From NCBI RefSeq assembly GCF_009914755.1, contig NC_060928.1: DNA of 64,000 nucleotides. One strand, 5' to 3'. Origin of the DNA: the human T2T-CHM13v2.0 reference genome, Homo sapiens. The stretch's first letter is position 1, and every line of letters starts with the position of its first letter. Positions 26,190 to 41,228 of this stretch are shown one piece after another. The notes under the pieces were generated by a model. The model was not told the DNA's origin, did no database searches, and saw nothing but the letters and a program-made list of their open reading frames with translations. Made by a program: the position numbers and the translations under genes.

Positions 26190-28066
26190 TGATTATTGTT
26201 TCTTAGAGCAATTACCGCATCACTTCCTCACACTCCATCTCCCCCTCCAGAGCAATGTGATGAGAGCCAGATGATGGTACCTACATGTACCAAAAGGGGA
26301 ATTTTACATCACAGAAGAGGAACCCTGGAATTATGAATGTGGGCATTTATATAGGAGCTGTTAGATGGCTGCCATCCCCTTCTGAGAGAGATAAAGAAAC
26401 CTTCCTAATGTAAATAGATACTTTGTAATATAAAAATATGGCTCTAAGTTTTACCTTCCTCTGAAATATTAACACTTAACCTCCTAGGAGCTAAAGCTAA
26501 ATCTCTCCAGAAGTCTTTATCTATTTAATCATCTTTCAAGTTTGAAAGTTTGTTCTTTAACCCAAGTTCCACTTTTGTACGTTCAGAAAGTTCTGCCATG
26601 CAGAAATATGAAAATATTCACATTACTTTTCAACAGTAGTAGTACTTTACACAGGCAAAAAAAGTAGCTAATTTACATTTTCTGAAAAGAAAAATAGTTG
26701 CAGTCCTTGATATAACAAAAAAATTATCGTGTTTCTTTGGAATGTATAATATTTTAGAAAGATAGTAATATTTAGATGCATATTAGTTATTAAGATATGA
26801 TATATTAAATTGCATTTTCATATAATTTGCCTATGCTGGTGTTATATTTATTAAACGCTTTTACTTAAATGAATGTATTTTCAGAAGTTTCATGAGGTAA
26901 TCTGTGACTTTTCTGTGCTACTGACATTCTCCTTGAACTACCTCAGATAGCAATTATGTCACCCATTTCCCATCTTTCTACATTCGGTGCCTGACAGTTC
27001 CTGGCCCGTAGTAGACCCTCAATGAATGGTTACAGAATAAAGTAATATATTAAAGACTTTAGTGACTAAGGTGTATTGACATTAAGTAGTTAATTTTGTT
27101 GAAGGAATTATTTGTCTACATTAAATAAAAAAGATAACCAAGGAATTAGAAAAATTAAAATATAGTGGTGCAAAATAGACATTATCTACAATGAGTGATA
27201 GTCTTTTGTAATTCTCAATATTACTTAGTTGAGATAATAGTCATTGTATTGTTTAATTATGTACAATTAAACTGTCCTTCTAAAGTACAGTGTTGGTTTC
27301 TTAGACTATTTGTTCCTGATGAAATTGAATTTGCATAAATTAAATAGGCACATAAATTTATCATATTGTACTTTTACCCACGTTAGCACAAATTACATCT
27401 TTGTACCTATTTTGTAGTATAAAATAAAACATAAGTAATACTTTATTTATTATTTATATTATGTATTTAAATACTATCAGAAATAAGGGAATAAGACTTT
27501 AACATTTATGTAGCACTATGTTATAAATTAGCAAAAAGGATCATTCTTTGTCCTATATTTCAAGTATACTTTTTAGGTAATTTTTTTTTCTTTTTTACTT
27601 TTTTGTCTAATTCAACAAAAGGTAAAGACTTTTGCTTACCTTTATGATTTGTATTTAGTACTGTCACATAGTTTAAAATATCAATTTGTTTGTATAATGT
27701 TCATATGTATTTCTTTAGGTAATGTGGGTGAATCTTTATGATATCATTGTTTAGAAAAATAATTAAACATGGAAAAAATCAATAATTATATTTAGTGGCA
27801 TTGGTAGCATCAAGTTTTATATTACAAAGCAAATAAAGTCTTAAATGAAAATATCTTAATTTCAATTATGTCTAAACTGTTTTCTAGGTTATATTCTTTG
27901 GAAAGTATTTAATCTTTCTGTGGCTTCCTCTCTTTGAAATGGGTATAATAATGACATATACCTGACCATTAAATGGGCAGAAGAACATAAACCTTTGATG
28001 GTGCTTTTTAAAAAATTTAGTAAATGAAGAAGATAAATTGGGTAGTTGTTAGAAGGGGTACAGAGG

Positions 28067-28396
28067 ATTTTTTTTCTTTGTTTTAATTTTTATTTATTTA
28101 TTTTTTTTTCAAGAGGTAGAGTCTTGCTCTGTTGCCCAGTTTGAAGTGCAGTAGTGCCATCAAAGCCCACTGCAGCCTAGACCTCCTGGGCTCAAGATAC
28201 CCTCCCACCTCAGCATCCTTAGCAGCTGGAACCAGAGGCATGCACCATCACACCTGGCTAATTTTTTTGTGTTTTTTATAGAGATGGGCTTTCACTATGT
28301 TACCCAGGCTGGTCTCGAACTCCTGGCCTCAAGCTATCCTTCCGCTTCAGCCTCCTAAAGTGCTGGGATTACAGGCATGAGCCACTGCACCTGGCT
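28067..28396 (-). mobile_element. AluJ SINE within L2-like sequence
   Basis: Antisense dimer. GAGGAT repeated on both flanks. Confidence 0.88.
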
Positions 28397-29289
28397 GAGG
28401 ATGGTTTTAAGTTGAAAGAATTATGAATATAGATATATTGTTGGAAAAGAACCAGTGATAGAGAAATTAAGAATATAGGAAAGGAGAATTACTTTTATAG
28501 TTGTGATCTGAGGTTGTGTAGAGAATGTGATCCAGAGCAGTGGTAGAGCAATTCCACTACATTGGATTTCAGGAAGGACATTTTTCCAGTAAGCTAAAAG
28601 AAGCCACACAGGAGGATCCGTTTCCACTGAGACTGGATGGAATAAATAACAATAGGTGTGATGCAGATATGTTGGTGGAACTGGGGTAGCTCAGTGAATT
28701 GAGGGATTTCTGCCTAGTCTCCTCAATGAGGTAGGAAAGATAGTCTTTGGCAGGATAACGGGACATGTTGAAGAAAAACAACAAGGAAGGTATCTCCAGA
28801 AAATATTCCTTAATCTTTTCCAGAATCTGAAGAAAATTTCATTTTTATTTAAAATACATTATATTAACAATTTAACAAGTGGTTGTAAAGAAATCAGCAG
28901 GGCATAATTGCTAAAGAAAAAAGGAGTTAAGAGGAGTAATAATGATTTTGAACATTAAGTAAAACTGAAAATCTGGCATGTTTTTAAACAAGAATAAGGC
29001 TCTGTATAATATGTATTCAAAATGGTATAGTAAATGTGAGAGTGTTCGCTTTAAAGATATAAGTATCATTTATCTGGAAAACTTTTTTTTAGTATATTGG
29101 GGAAAGCATTAAAGTTAATGTTTACTTGTATTTTTCAAAAATGTTTGTAAAATGGTGAACAAGACAGGCCCCCTTGTTCAATTCATTAAGAATAAAAAAT
29201 CACCACGTAAAGCCCTTTGGAAGTCAGTGTCTTTCTAAAACAAGTCATTCATTCAGTTACCAAGTATTTGTTGCTTTGATTATACACGT

Positions 29290-29725
29290 TCTTTCACACA
29301 CATATATCTCCTTTATCTAAAATGTGTTTGCTTCTCACCATATTCACTGCCACTGTTTTCTTTAAGCCACTATCATCTTCAGAATCACTGCAGTGGTCTC
29401 CTAACTTCTCTGTCCACATCAATTCTTGTCCCTGCCTTCACTGGCTAGAGAGATCTCTTGAAAAACTTAAATCTGATCATGCAACACTCTGAGGTAAAAC
29501 TCTTCAAAAGAGCCCATTACTCTTAACTGAAGGTCGGACTTCCTGCCAAGGCCCATTAAACCTCCCTGATCTAGTTGCCGTTGTCTTTCTTCAGCCTCAT
29601 TTTATGCATTTTGGCCCTCTGGCCCTTCTAGATATGCTCTCTTTTGCCTCAGATCTTATCTCTGCTGTTTCTCTACTCACTTTCTTTTCCCTAACGCTAT
29701 GACTGGCTGACTCCTATTTATCCTA
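29290..29725 (+). mobile_element. Degenerate L2 fragment
   Basis: CACTGCAGTGGTCTCCTAACT, AAATCTGATCATG, GGCTGACTCCTATTTATCC motifs. Confidence 0.6.
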
Positions 29726-30714
29726 ATTAATTAAATTATTATTTTATTATCTTAAAAATTAACTTTTTAAAATTCTAAATTTATTGCAAGTCATCATAGA
29801 AAACCCCTTTTGATTTTAATAGAGAACATTTAATTGGTTGGCTCATTACTATATTAAAGAATTCTCTAGAAAAAATAATAAAAAATAGAGTGAAGTAATA
29901 TAGGTAATATGATTACAGGGGAAATGAGGTATGCCAAGTCTTGGATTTAACTAAAAAAGTAATTAAAATTAAATAATACATGCCTGTATTATTTGCTGCT
30001 TGCTTACTTGTCCTTTGTCTCTGTTTCATCCAAATAGGTAATTATAGTTAGAGGAAAGAATTCCAATCATTTGAATATTCTCATTGAGTTTCTGACAGGT
30101 CAAAATCAGTGCTTACAATAATCATAGCAAAACTCTAACCTAATTTAAAAATAGTATATGTAAATATGAATAAACCTGTTATTGAATTGTTACCAGCACA
30201 AAATTAACTTACAGTATGGCTGAAGTACTATGACATGTGAAACATTTGTAAGGAGCCTTTAGAACTCTCTTGACATTTACCTTCAAAATAAAAATTGATA
30301 GTTTCTCTAATCACCCACTTCTATTATTGAAAAATATTAATTAACGAATGTATTTCAAAATAATTTGCTTAATAACATCTCAAGTTATTTTGAAGAAAAA
30401 GTGAAATAATGGCCATTTTAAGACGTAGAAAAGAACATTGGTGCCTATGTGAAGGGAACACGGAATCTACCAGGCTTTGCTTTTCTGTATCCGTCCCTTT
30501 GCGCCTTCTCATCAAAGGACTTCTGCATAAAGACTTATGATGTCACCGGGTCATGTTTTCTGATTTCTAGTCTCTCTCCTTAGGTTTTATATGAGTGATA
30601 GGTTGGCAAAGACTCTGTCAGATGGTTTAAACAAGTATTTGCTTAAAGATACACCTTTTACTTTTTTTTCTTCTTCCCTAGTCTCTAATTGTCAAGGAAG
30701 AAATAATGGTCAAG

Positions 30715-30935
30715 GAGAGTAATAACTTGAGTGTCAAACCCAGTTGGGTTTGAATTTCTGTTCAGTCCTGTAATGTTTACACGACCTTGGCAAGTAACAT
30801 CAGAGGTCTGGGTCTTACTTTCTTCTCTGAATGGGGAATAATTATACCTATTTCATAGAGCTTTGTGATAATTACATGAAATCACATATGTAAAGAATAC
30901 AGCATATAATTTGTTGCCCGTAGAGGATGGTTTGA
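30715..30935 (+). mobile_element. MIR SINE
   Basis: GGGTTTGAATTTCTG...GACCTTGGCAAGTAAC...ATGGGGAATAATTATACCTATTTCATAGAG. Confidence 0.7.
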
Positions 30936-33251
30936 ATATTTTTAACCACTCTGTATGGAAATGCCCTGCTGCCTTTGATTCCTTGTGTTTTTAATGGTGA
31001 AGCTTTGCTCAGCCTCTATCAAAATCCCATTAGAATTTGACTGGTTTTGTTTACCATATGGTATCATGAAGAATTATGCATGATATGATCCTTTCTTTTT
31101 TTAAGCCAAACTTATCTTATTATGAAAGAATTGGCTCCAGGGGTGGAATGCTCATTTGATTAATAAATAGCTAGTTCTGTTCTTAGTTCTGGAGGAAAAG
31201 AATAGTATCCTCAGTGAGCTTGGACACCTGCCATATGCTAAGAAATCTAAGAAGGCTTCTGAATCGCTTCAGGGATGAATAGTAAAATACCTTACCAGTA
31301 CCCATAATAACTTATTATATTTCTTAAGAAGGTAACCTTTACTTTAAGAAACATGTGTCTAAATGTTAGTAAAAACAAGTCAGAATTACATTCAGCTTGA
31401 TGAGTATTATATTAGTATTTTGTGGTTGAGGTCTATAAAAGTAAAGGCAGAAAATCAAATGGACATATTCCTGAAAAATACAACAATATCGCAAGAATAT
31501 TTTAATGCTTTAATTTTTCAATTTCACATTAATATAATGTATATACTTATGAAAAATGCATCTTAATGTTAATAATAAATATATATAGCCTACTTGCTAA
31601 AATTATCTCGTTTCTATACTATAGTCAAAGCAGTAACTTAAAAGTTTAAGCCTTTATGAGAACAGTAAATCTAGCTCTGAGTTGTATAGTAAATAAAAAT
31701 TTCATCAATTGCAGAGTTGTCTGGATGAGTTTGAGGAAAATTTTTAGAACTTTCTTATTCTCAAATACTAGTTACTGATAAAAAATACTGATATACCGAT
31801 TTTTATTTTTAAGAAGGAGGCTCAAAATTGTCTATGCAAACAAAAATATTAGCTTATATCTCTATATATTTTATTCATGGTTTGTCTTTCACCATCAAAG
31901 CTATTCAATTAAAATCAAGATTTTACAGATTTCTAATTATTTTAAATATTTAGAGATAGTACGTTTAAAAACTGTTACACGTTTTGTAAAAAAGATTATT
32001 AGGTCAACATGCTATACTGAAGATGTGTTTTCCCAAATTTTAAAAATCAAATGTACTTCTCCATGCCCATGTATATACTGTGAACACTTTAGTTTTAAGA
32101 ATTAGCTAGAAAAAATAATACATTTATTTTATTCATTGTAATAAGATAGAATCATTTTTAAAGAGAATTCTGAAAGTGAATTTAATTTGTCTGTTTTCCC
32201 ATTTTTTTCTGTCTTCCTCTATTTCTTTGATCTGTGTTTAAACATTACTAGAAATCACCATAACAATATCATAAGCAATCCAAGTGTATTTAAAGAGTAA
32301 TACAATCCAAACGACATTGTGTGGAGCTTTGTGTATTTTTAATGACACTACTAGACTTGCTTCAGACAAGTTGAGACTTTCCTAAGGTAATAGTGGGTCC
32401 TTTGCTGATTGCCTTAATTTTAGCATTTAAATGCATTTAGCAATCACTTCTTTGAAAACTGAATTTCAGTCACTGATTCAAAAAGCTGTTCATTCTGCAA
32501 GTGTTATTGTCCATCTCATTGTATCCTTTATTTTAGGCTATAGTTTTAAGTTTTCTGAAATGTAAAAGGGCTGCTCTCTTTTTTGGCTTTTCTTTAAAAT
32601 GCATTAAATTTCCCATATGATCTTTCTGTGAATCAGGGTTTATGCATAAGTGTATTTAACATATTTTGTCGACTGGAAGCTCACATTTGAGAAAACTGGT
32701 TTGAAGGATGACTGCCATAGGCACAATGGAATTGTTTTACATTAATCCTTGAGATCAAATTATAGTTTCACTTTTCCCCAAAATAATTAGGTTTCTATCA
32801 GATATAGGAGAGTCAAGTGCTAAGGATGAGAAAGTCTAAAAACCTATCTAAGGGGAAAATGTCTTCTTCATAATGAAAACATAAAAATTAGCAGGTTCTC
32901 TGTTCTTTTTATAGAGCTTAGACTCAGATTACCTTTATATCCCACAAGAAATGTGCAGTCAGACTATGGAAATGCTTAAAAATCTGAATTAATTTAAACT
33001 AGCTATTCATAAGACTATAGTTTTTCCCCCAAATGGTGAAGAGTAAGATTTCATAAGAGTAGAATAAATCAGAGAATAGTTACAATAATTAACTTTTGTG
33101 TTCCATATTATTCACATATTTTAATTTTAATTTTAATGTATGAACTTTGATTTGATTTTATCCTTGTTTATTAATTTATTCAACAAATGAGAAATATGAA
33201 AATTGTGGATATGTTTCAGAGTTTACAAAATTTGCTAGTTTTTATTTTATT

Positions 33252-33272
33252 TATATATATACATACATATAT

Positions 33273-33351
<79 letters not shown>
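33252..33351. repeat. Compound (TA)n(CA)n(TA)n microsatellite at an Alu tail
   Basis: Visible runs abutting the Alu poly-T. Confidence 0.95.
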
Positions 33352-33367
<16 letters not shown>

Positions 33368-33642
33368 GAGAAAGGGTTTTGCTCTTGTTGCCCAGGCTGG
33401 AGTGACTGCAGTGACATGATCTCGGCTCACTGCAACATCCACCTCCTGGATTTAAGGGATTCTCCTGCCTCAGCCTCCCAAGTAGCCAGGATTACATGCA
33501 TGTGCCATCATGCCCGGCTAATTTTTTGTATTTTTAGTAGAGATGGGGTTTCACCAAGTTGGCCAGACTGGTCTCGAATTCCTGACCTTAGGTGATCAGC
33601 CCGCTTTGGCCTCCCAAAGTGCCTGAGCCGCGGAGCCCAGCC
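33352..33642 (-). mobile_element. AluS SINE
   Basis: Antisense dimer with a small deletion near its 5' end. Confidence 0.9.
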
Positions 33643-33649
33643 TACATTT

Positions 33650-34673
33650 TTATGTAGATTCTAAGAGAATGGAGTGGAGTGTGACTCCAGGGTTTTTGGC
33701 TTGGGGTACTAGAACAGTGAGTGGTTATTACTGAAATGCAGAAAACTGTGGAGGTTTCACTTTTGGGGGTAGGACAGTTTTTGTTTTTGTTTTTGTTTTT
33801 TTGCAAGATAACTTGCTGGACATCTCAGTGCAGATGCTGAGTTGGAAGTTGGAGTAGTGAAAGCTGAAGATACAATTTGGAATCATCAATGTATAGATTT
33901 TTTTTTTTTTTTTGCATTTAGTGTTACTTATGTTTTATTTATTTTTGGTATTGGTTTCACTTTATATATCTATTATTTTCTATAATAGCAAATTATCCTG
34001 GTTTTCTAAAATTTAAGGCAGTTATATATTTACTTTTAAAACATTAAGAAAATAAAAGTGAGATGATTTGAAAAAAATACAACAGTGAAAATGGCATAAA
34101 GATAGAGCAAACAATTGAAATGGTGACTTTCCAGCCAAACTAATTTCTCTCACTAGTCACTAAAAAGTATGTTTCTGTTAGAATGGCCACTGCTGGAAGT
34201 ATCAAATGCTGACCACTATGGTGTCCTAAATCATAGTGGCACTGGTGATACATGAAACTTAAAATTCAGAAGTAAGTGTTCTAGAGTTGGTTCAAAAGCT
34301 CAATAATGTCAACAAGGACCAAAGCTCTTACATCATCCTCAGAATGCTGGCTGTTGTCATTCACTGTATCATCTTGTGGTCCAAGAATGACTTCTTCAGC
34401 TCCAAACATCATTATATCCTTTCTTGGTTGCATTGAAAAGCAGGAAAGAAGAGATAAGAGAAGGGATTCTCTTCATGAGCCTTTCCTCATGGGCTTGTCT
34501 CCCATGTTCAGGATGTAAAATATTCCTCAGAAGCCCCTTGCTGGTATCACATGTCTGAATCAAATGACCACTCCCGGCTGCAAGGGAATCTGGGAAAGCA
34601 AAGGTCTGGCAAAGGGGCTGTGGGAACAGGACATTCTCAACATTTGCAGAGCTCAGGGCAAGAGGACAAAATG

Positions 34674-34723
<50 letters not shown>

Positions 34724-35750
34724 TATATATATACACGTATATATATATACACATATATATATATATATACACACACATATATATACATATATGTGTGTGT
34801 GTATATATATATATGTATATATATCTCCTAACCTCCTCTGGTGATAGATTACACCTTCAAAACCACTTGGAAGATCAAGTATGAGTTTAGAATCCTTTGA
34901 CATCTTAGAGTTCCATCCAGGAGCCAGGATGTGGCTCCTGGCTCACTGCCTGTCTTCCTTCTCTTCCTGCCTCCAGCTAGATACCACAACATGTGGGGCC
35001 TCATGCACAGGTATGTGGACACTGTGCCCTACACATTCAAGCTCTTTCTGCCTCTCCCAACCAGCCACCCCTTGGCCACTCCTCAAACCTAGACAACCTT
35101 GGGAAAACGGGTCAGGGTCGATTTTATTTTAAACCCATGAGACTGGGTAAGATATTGAGATTGAGGGTAGATAGTGAAAATAAGAGGACTAGGGACTGTA
35201 ACCCTGAGACACTCTGACTTTTAGAGATCTTAGAAGTGTAGAACCTGCAAAGTGGATTGAGGAGTAGCCAGTGAGATAGGAAGAAATCTACAGATCCTGG
35301 AAGCTAGGTGAATCTAGCTTTTCAAATAAGATGGGAACTTAGACTTGACCACTGAATTTAGCAACATGGGGATCTTTGGTGAACTTGACAAAGGCTGTTT
35401 GGCAGAGCCATTGATGAAGACTTATTAGAGTGGGGTGAAGGGAGAATGGGAGGGGAGGAGTTAAAAACCACAGGTAAAGACAATCTTTTCAAGTCTTTTG
35501 CTGTAAACAAGAGCTGAGAAATGTAGTAGTGGACAGAGATCTTAGGTTGGGGAGGTTGTTGTTGTTGATAATAATTGGTTTGTTTTTAAGCATGAGATAT
35601 GTTACAGTCTCTTCCTTTTAATTTGGTAAGAATACACAATTAGTTGATATTGAAAAGAGAGTAGAAATTGTATGGCATCTGGCATCTACACGAGTAGGCA
35701 AAAGAGTATGGGGTATAGTGTACAAGCGAAGGCTGATCTTATATAAGAAG
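33650..35750 (-). mobile_element. Fragmented L2 with a nested MLT1-like LTR (about 34200-34640) and a microsatellite
   Basis: L2 motifs GACTCCAGGGTTTTTGGCTTG and TTGACCACTGAATTTAGCAACATGG. MLT1-like GGCTGCAAGGGAATCTGGGAAAG. Boundaries rough. Confidence 0.6.
34676..34823. repeat. Compound (TA)n/(CA)n/(TG)n microsatellite
   Basis: About 150 bp of alternating purine-pyrimidine sequence. Confidence 0.95.
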
Positions 35751-36135
35751 GACGCAGACAATACCATTATTTCTTTATGTGATAAAATTATGACTGAGAC
35801 CTGCTAACCTATTGACCAGTAGATGTTTTCTTTTAAAGTAGTGCAATAAATTATCATGGTTCATAAGTATTCAGTGTGTTGAAAAACGTTTATCTACCTA
35901 GAAAAGAATTATGTAATATTGAAAAATATAACATTATTATGAAGTTGTTTTAATCTTCTATTTTTCTCCTTCATATTAATATATAATAATATATTTACAG
36001 GTTAAAAATTAATATTCCAATTATAAAATCTATTTATATCTATATGTATATATGCATGTGTGTGTATATATAGATACAAATATACATATATATGCATATA
36101 TATAATCAAAATAGATACACGCATATCCAGGCACA

Positions 36136-36475
36136 CAGTCATGTACTGCATAATGACATTTTAGTGAATGACAATCGCATGTATGATGGCGATCTCATAA
36201 GATTGTAATACCATTTGTTTCCTGTACCTTTCTTATGTTTACATTTGTTTAGATATACAAATACTTTTGTGTTACAGTTTCCTACAGTATTCAGCCCAGT
36301 AACATGCTATACAAGTTTATAGCCTAAGAACAATAAGCTTTACCATATAGCCTAGATGTGTAGTAGGCTAAACCTTTTAAGTTTGTGTAAGAACACTCTA
36401 TAATCACACTACTACGAAATCACCTAAGGACACATTTCTCAGAATATATTCCCATCATTAAATGACACATGACTG
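36136..36475. mobile_element. Tigger3a (MER7A) non-autonomous DNA transposon
   Basis: Terminal inverted repeats CAGTCATG...CATGACTG, about 340 bp, internal CATAAGATTGTAATACC. Confidence 0.85.
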
Positions 36476-36954
36476 TATATGCTTTCTAGAAAAGGCAACT
36501 GTCGAAAGGCTTTATTAACAAATAAAAATCAGTTAGATGTCAAACACATTTAGTAGCTTTGTTGTGTAATTTCATGAATTTAAGAAACTAAATAAATTAT
36601 ATCTTCTGGAGAAAAATTATTTGTCAATGAAAATTACCTAAGCAACACAATTCATTTTCTTCAAGCAATAATAAGGCACACATTTTGATACCTTATAATT
36701 TTTTATTTAACTATCTTTCTAAAAATAAAATATAGAGTTATATATTATAAAATTTTATGAAGCGTACTTTATAAAATAGCTGTGTGTAATACATCTTTTT
36801 GGACATTAAATGTACACTCATTGTTATTTGTCAGAAATAAATGGTTATATATAGAGAAAAAAGAGACTAAATAGAAATGTACTGAAGTTAATAATGATAA
36901 TGTTTTAGTGCCAGGATTATGCATAATTTAACATTTTCTTTTTTAAGCACTTGC

Positions 36955-37765
36955 ATGGTATTTTCTGACACCACTTCTGAACCAAATACATGCCATTTTT
37001 TCACACATCTACCAGTGCTCCAGCAGCAACTGGTGTCCAACAATGCAATTCAGTTTTGAAACTAACTCTCAGGATTAGTGCAGACCCTACAGGTTAACAG
37101 CTCTGTCCCTCAAGACCGCCCCCACTTTAGGCAGCAGGTGCCAGTAGAGTGCCCAGGATGCCCACATTTTGCTCAGGCCACTACAAATTCAGGAGTCCCC
37201 ATGACCATCCCTCAAATTTAATCGTTTAATAGAACAATTCTGAACTTAGAAAAGTGCTGTACTTCTGAGTACAGCTTTATTATAAAGCCTACAACTCAGA
37301 AACAGCCAAATGGAAGAGATGCACAGGGCAAGGTATGGAGGAGAAGGCATGGTTTTCATGCCCTCTCCAGGAAGCCACCCTCCCACGCATGTAGATGTTT
37401 TCACCACCCTAGAAGCTTCTTGAAACCCATTCTTTGGAAGTTTTCATGGAGGTTTTATCACATAGGCATGATTGATTCAACATTGGCTGCTCTATCTCCA
37501 GCCCCCGTTTTTTCCCCAGTGATTGTGCAGGAGGGGAGAGGAGGCTGAACATTCTACCCTTTTAATGTTAGCTTGGTCCTTCTGCGAACGAGGCCCCATG
37601 CTGAAGTTATCTAGCCTCCCGCCATCGCCTTGCCACACACCTTCCCCCTCAACACACCTAGTCATCTCATTCGTATGCAGAAGGCACATGGAAGATTCCA
37701 AGGGCTTTAGGAGCTCTGTGCCAGGAATCAGGTACGAAGAACAAATATTTATTTTTTATTACACC
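36955..37765. mobile_element. MER21-type solo LTR
   Basis: GCAATTCAGTTTTGAAACTAAC, CAGCCAAATGGAAGAGATGCACAGGGCAAGGTATGG, TTTAGGAGCTCTGTGCCAGGAA. Confidence 0.75.
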
Positions 37766-38461
37766 ATTTCACTCTTGAGTTTTCAGAAGCTAGTATGATG
37801 AATACATAGTACTCTTATAAAAACATTTTATTTTAAAAATATCTCACCCTACATTATGTCTGGAAATATATTTGTGAAAGAACAATATAAGAATGTCATT
37901 TCCCTGAAAGGATTATCCTTCTATATTTTTAAGCTGTGAAACAGTTTTTAAAAAATCAAGTCTAATATTCTATTGTTAATATGCTACTGTGGCTATATCT
38001 ACGTAATGAAAATTTAATGAAGTCTTATGAAAATGGGAACATTTAATTATTGTAATTTATCTGTCTTCAAATTCTTTATGAGGTAGAACTCACTCTAATA
38101 TTTAGAATTGCTCTTATTTATATCATTAAAATATTAGTGAAAGAATCCAGTTATGATTCAGGGATAAAATTTTTAAAACTTACTCTGTTTTTAACTTTTT
38201 TATTCACTTTTAAAAGGTAATTGCTGTTTATTTACCTTGGATTTTAAACTTTAGAATAAAGTTTCAAAACCAAGTTCATATCTTTAATGATATTTAGTTT
38301 CAACTTGTAAAATTGAATCTCATGCGCTATAGGTAAAACTCAAAAATATCCTAAAATGACTTCATAAACTTTTTAGCTTATTTATTTTAGCGTAGTTTCA
38401 GCTCCTAAACAACTACACAAGAAATAGGATTTGGAACTGTACATTCAAAAATAAAGTATTT

Positions 38462-38992
38462 GATTCCATAGGGGAGAAAAAATTTCTTTTCTCACCCATC
38501 ACTAGGTTCATGGCTGAGACTCCTATGACTAAAGATTAACAAGATAAATGCATACAAATTTATTTATTACAAGTTTTACATGTTATGAGAGCTTTCGGAA
38601 ATGGAGACTCAAGGAACACAATTAAACTTGGGAATTTTTTTAGTAAGTTTGATGAAGAAGTGGATATATGTGGAGAAATATGATTGGAAGACAAAAGCTT
38701 ACGATTCAATGTTAATAAACTGAGGAGAGCTTAGCAAGGCCTTTTTATTCAGATTATTGTGGGTGTCTCTATGTCTTAGAGTATAAAAATGTTCCTTTCC
38801 TCTCGGTATAGGGCGGTTATCTCTGGGGTAAGTGTCTTATGATCTACTTCAGAGAGAAAGGTCAGAGAATTCTTTTATGGTCTATTTCAGAGGAGAAGGG
38901 TGAGGGGAACGTCAAAGAGACCTTCCTACTTTTGCTGTTTTCTCAAATCCAAAGGCATCATATTTTAGCGTAGTATGTCTGGATCTGTATCA
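38462..38992. mobile_element. ERV1-class solo LTR (MER34/MER39-like, family uncertain)
   Basis: TG...CA ends. Internal GGTTCATGGCTGAGACTCC and GAGACCTTCCTACTTTTGCTGTTTTCTCAAA. Confidence 0.6.
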
Positions 38993-39689
38993 AATAAATC
39001 TCTTTCTAATTATTTCTAAGCATGTCTTTTTTTGTTTGTTTGAATACGGTTTTCAGAAAAATGAACAAAACTTTTTTAAAATATAAAAGCCAATTTTTCA
39101 CCAGTTAGTTATTACTTAAAGTCAAAGTTCTTAAAAGTCTTAATCAGAAAATACAATTTCTTCTAAAGGCTAAGTGAAATAAACATGAAATCTCTTTGAT
39201 AACATAATCTTGTGGTTTTTAGGAGTTTGGCTTGGCTGCTATAACAAAAACCAGCTAGGAATACATTTTTTTTTCCTAACATAGCTTTCTTTAAAATGAC
39301 ACAACTTATTTTAAATTGAGGGCTTTATTTAGTACAATGATTATATGTATTAATATATATAATTTTATGTGAAAATTGACCAAAATTTGCTGACTTAAAA
39401 AATTTGTTGTGAGAGAGCTTGAATAAGTGATGTTAGACTGAAAGACTTTGGGCCTCCAAATTCAAACCAACCTCTTTTTAAAGCTTCTTGGAGATAAAGT
39501 GAAACTTTGTGAGGCATTGAAGTTAAACATTCCACTGTATTTTGAGTCACATACTCAAAACGTAGTCATAGATTCTGAAGTAAAAGACAGGTGCTCCCTG
39601 GTTCTGCCCTCATATCAACTGTAATCTCTGCTCCTGATTAAACATCAACTTGAATTTTAAATATTGTGTCTATTTGGAAAATGTGTGCA

Positions 39690-39900
39690 AAATAATAAGA
39701 ATAGTTAGTTCATTGACGTTTTACTATGTGCTAGGCACTGTTCTAAGTTCTTTACATGTGGTAATTTATTTAATCTTTGCAATAATCCTTTGAGGTTTCT
39801 GAGAGGTTAATTAACTCACCTCAAACCTCAGAGCTAGTTAGTGCCAGAACCAGGATTTCAACAGATAGTCTGGCTTCACTGTCCATTTACTTAACTCTTA
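39690..39900 (-). mobile_element. MIR SINE
   Basis: TTACTATGTGCTAGGCACTGTTCTAAG...GCTAGTTAGTGCCAGAACCAGGATTTCAAC. Confidence 0.75.
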
Positions 39901-40579
39901 GATATACTCCTTGTCACATCAAATTGCATACCTATAAATCTAGTAAAATGTGTTTAATTTTTAAGAGATTGCCATTTCAGTAAACATATCAGTTTAGATA
40001 ATTTTCTAGGCCATGCTCAAAAAGCTTTAATCCTGATATTGACTGGATAGCAATGATCGTTAAGGGCCCTGTGTTTAACACCTATGATTATATTAATATT
40101 TTAGATTATGAACTATAAAATCTGGCCAGCAGAATGCAATTATGAGGTATCTTAGTGTACAGTAATCTTCTCAGGATGAGAGACAGGGATTTCAGCGTTA
40201 TTAGTATGTAAAGTTAATTACTGAGTGAAACTACTCAAGAAGAATATTGTTCTGGTGAAGATGACTTGGGAAGAAAAGTCACTGAGGTAAATGTAAAAAC
40301 AACATGTCATGGAAGCCAAGAATCAAAGGGAGCAGCAGCTGGGGATGAGTTTGGGAGCTGTACAAGAAATTGACAGGTTTGGACAGTGCAAACATTTGCG
40401 ACTGTCAGATTGTTTCCATTTTTTCAAGAAACTAGGAAATATTCAGCTGAGGGAGTTGTGATGGGAAAGAGGTTTGGAATTCTGAAATATTCCTGATGGG
40501 GAACGGGAAATCATATGCACTGGGGAAGTATGATTGGCCTTCAGATATTGTTAATTGCCATTAGAAATTTGTTGTTATA

Positions 40580-40897
<318 letters not shown>

Positions 40898-40937
40898 AGA
40901 AATTTGTTGTTATGAATTTAACATGTCTTCAAAAAAC

Positions 40938-41228
40938 GGCCGGGCATGGTGACTTATGCCTGTAATCCTAGCACTTTGGGAGGCTGAGGTGGGCGGATCA
41001 CGAGATCAAGAGGTCGAGATCATTCTGGCCAATGTGGTGAAACCCTGTCTCTACTAAAAATACAAAAATTAGCTGGGCATGGTGGCGCATGCCTGTAGTC
41101 CCAGCAACTCAGGAGGCTGAAGCAGGAGAATCGCTTGAACCCGGAAAGCGGAGGTTTCAGTGAGCCGAGATCGCACCACTGCACTTCAGCCTGGTGACAG
41201 AGTGAGATTCTGTCTCAAAAAAAAAAAA
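40938..41228 (+). mobile_element. AluSc SINE
   Basis: GGATCACGAGATCAAGAG and CAGCCTGGTGACAGAG diagnostics, poly-A tail. Confidence 0.9.
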
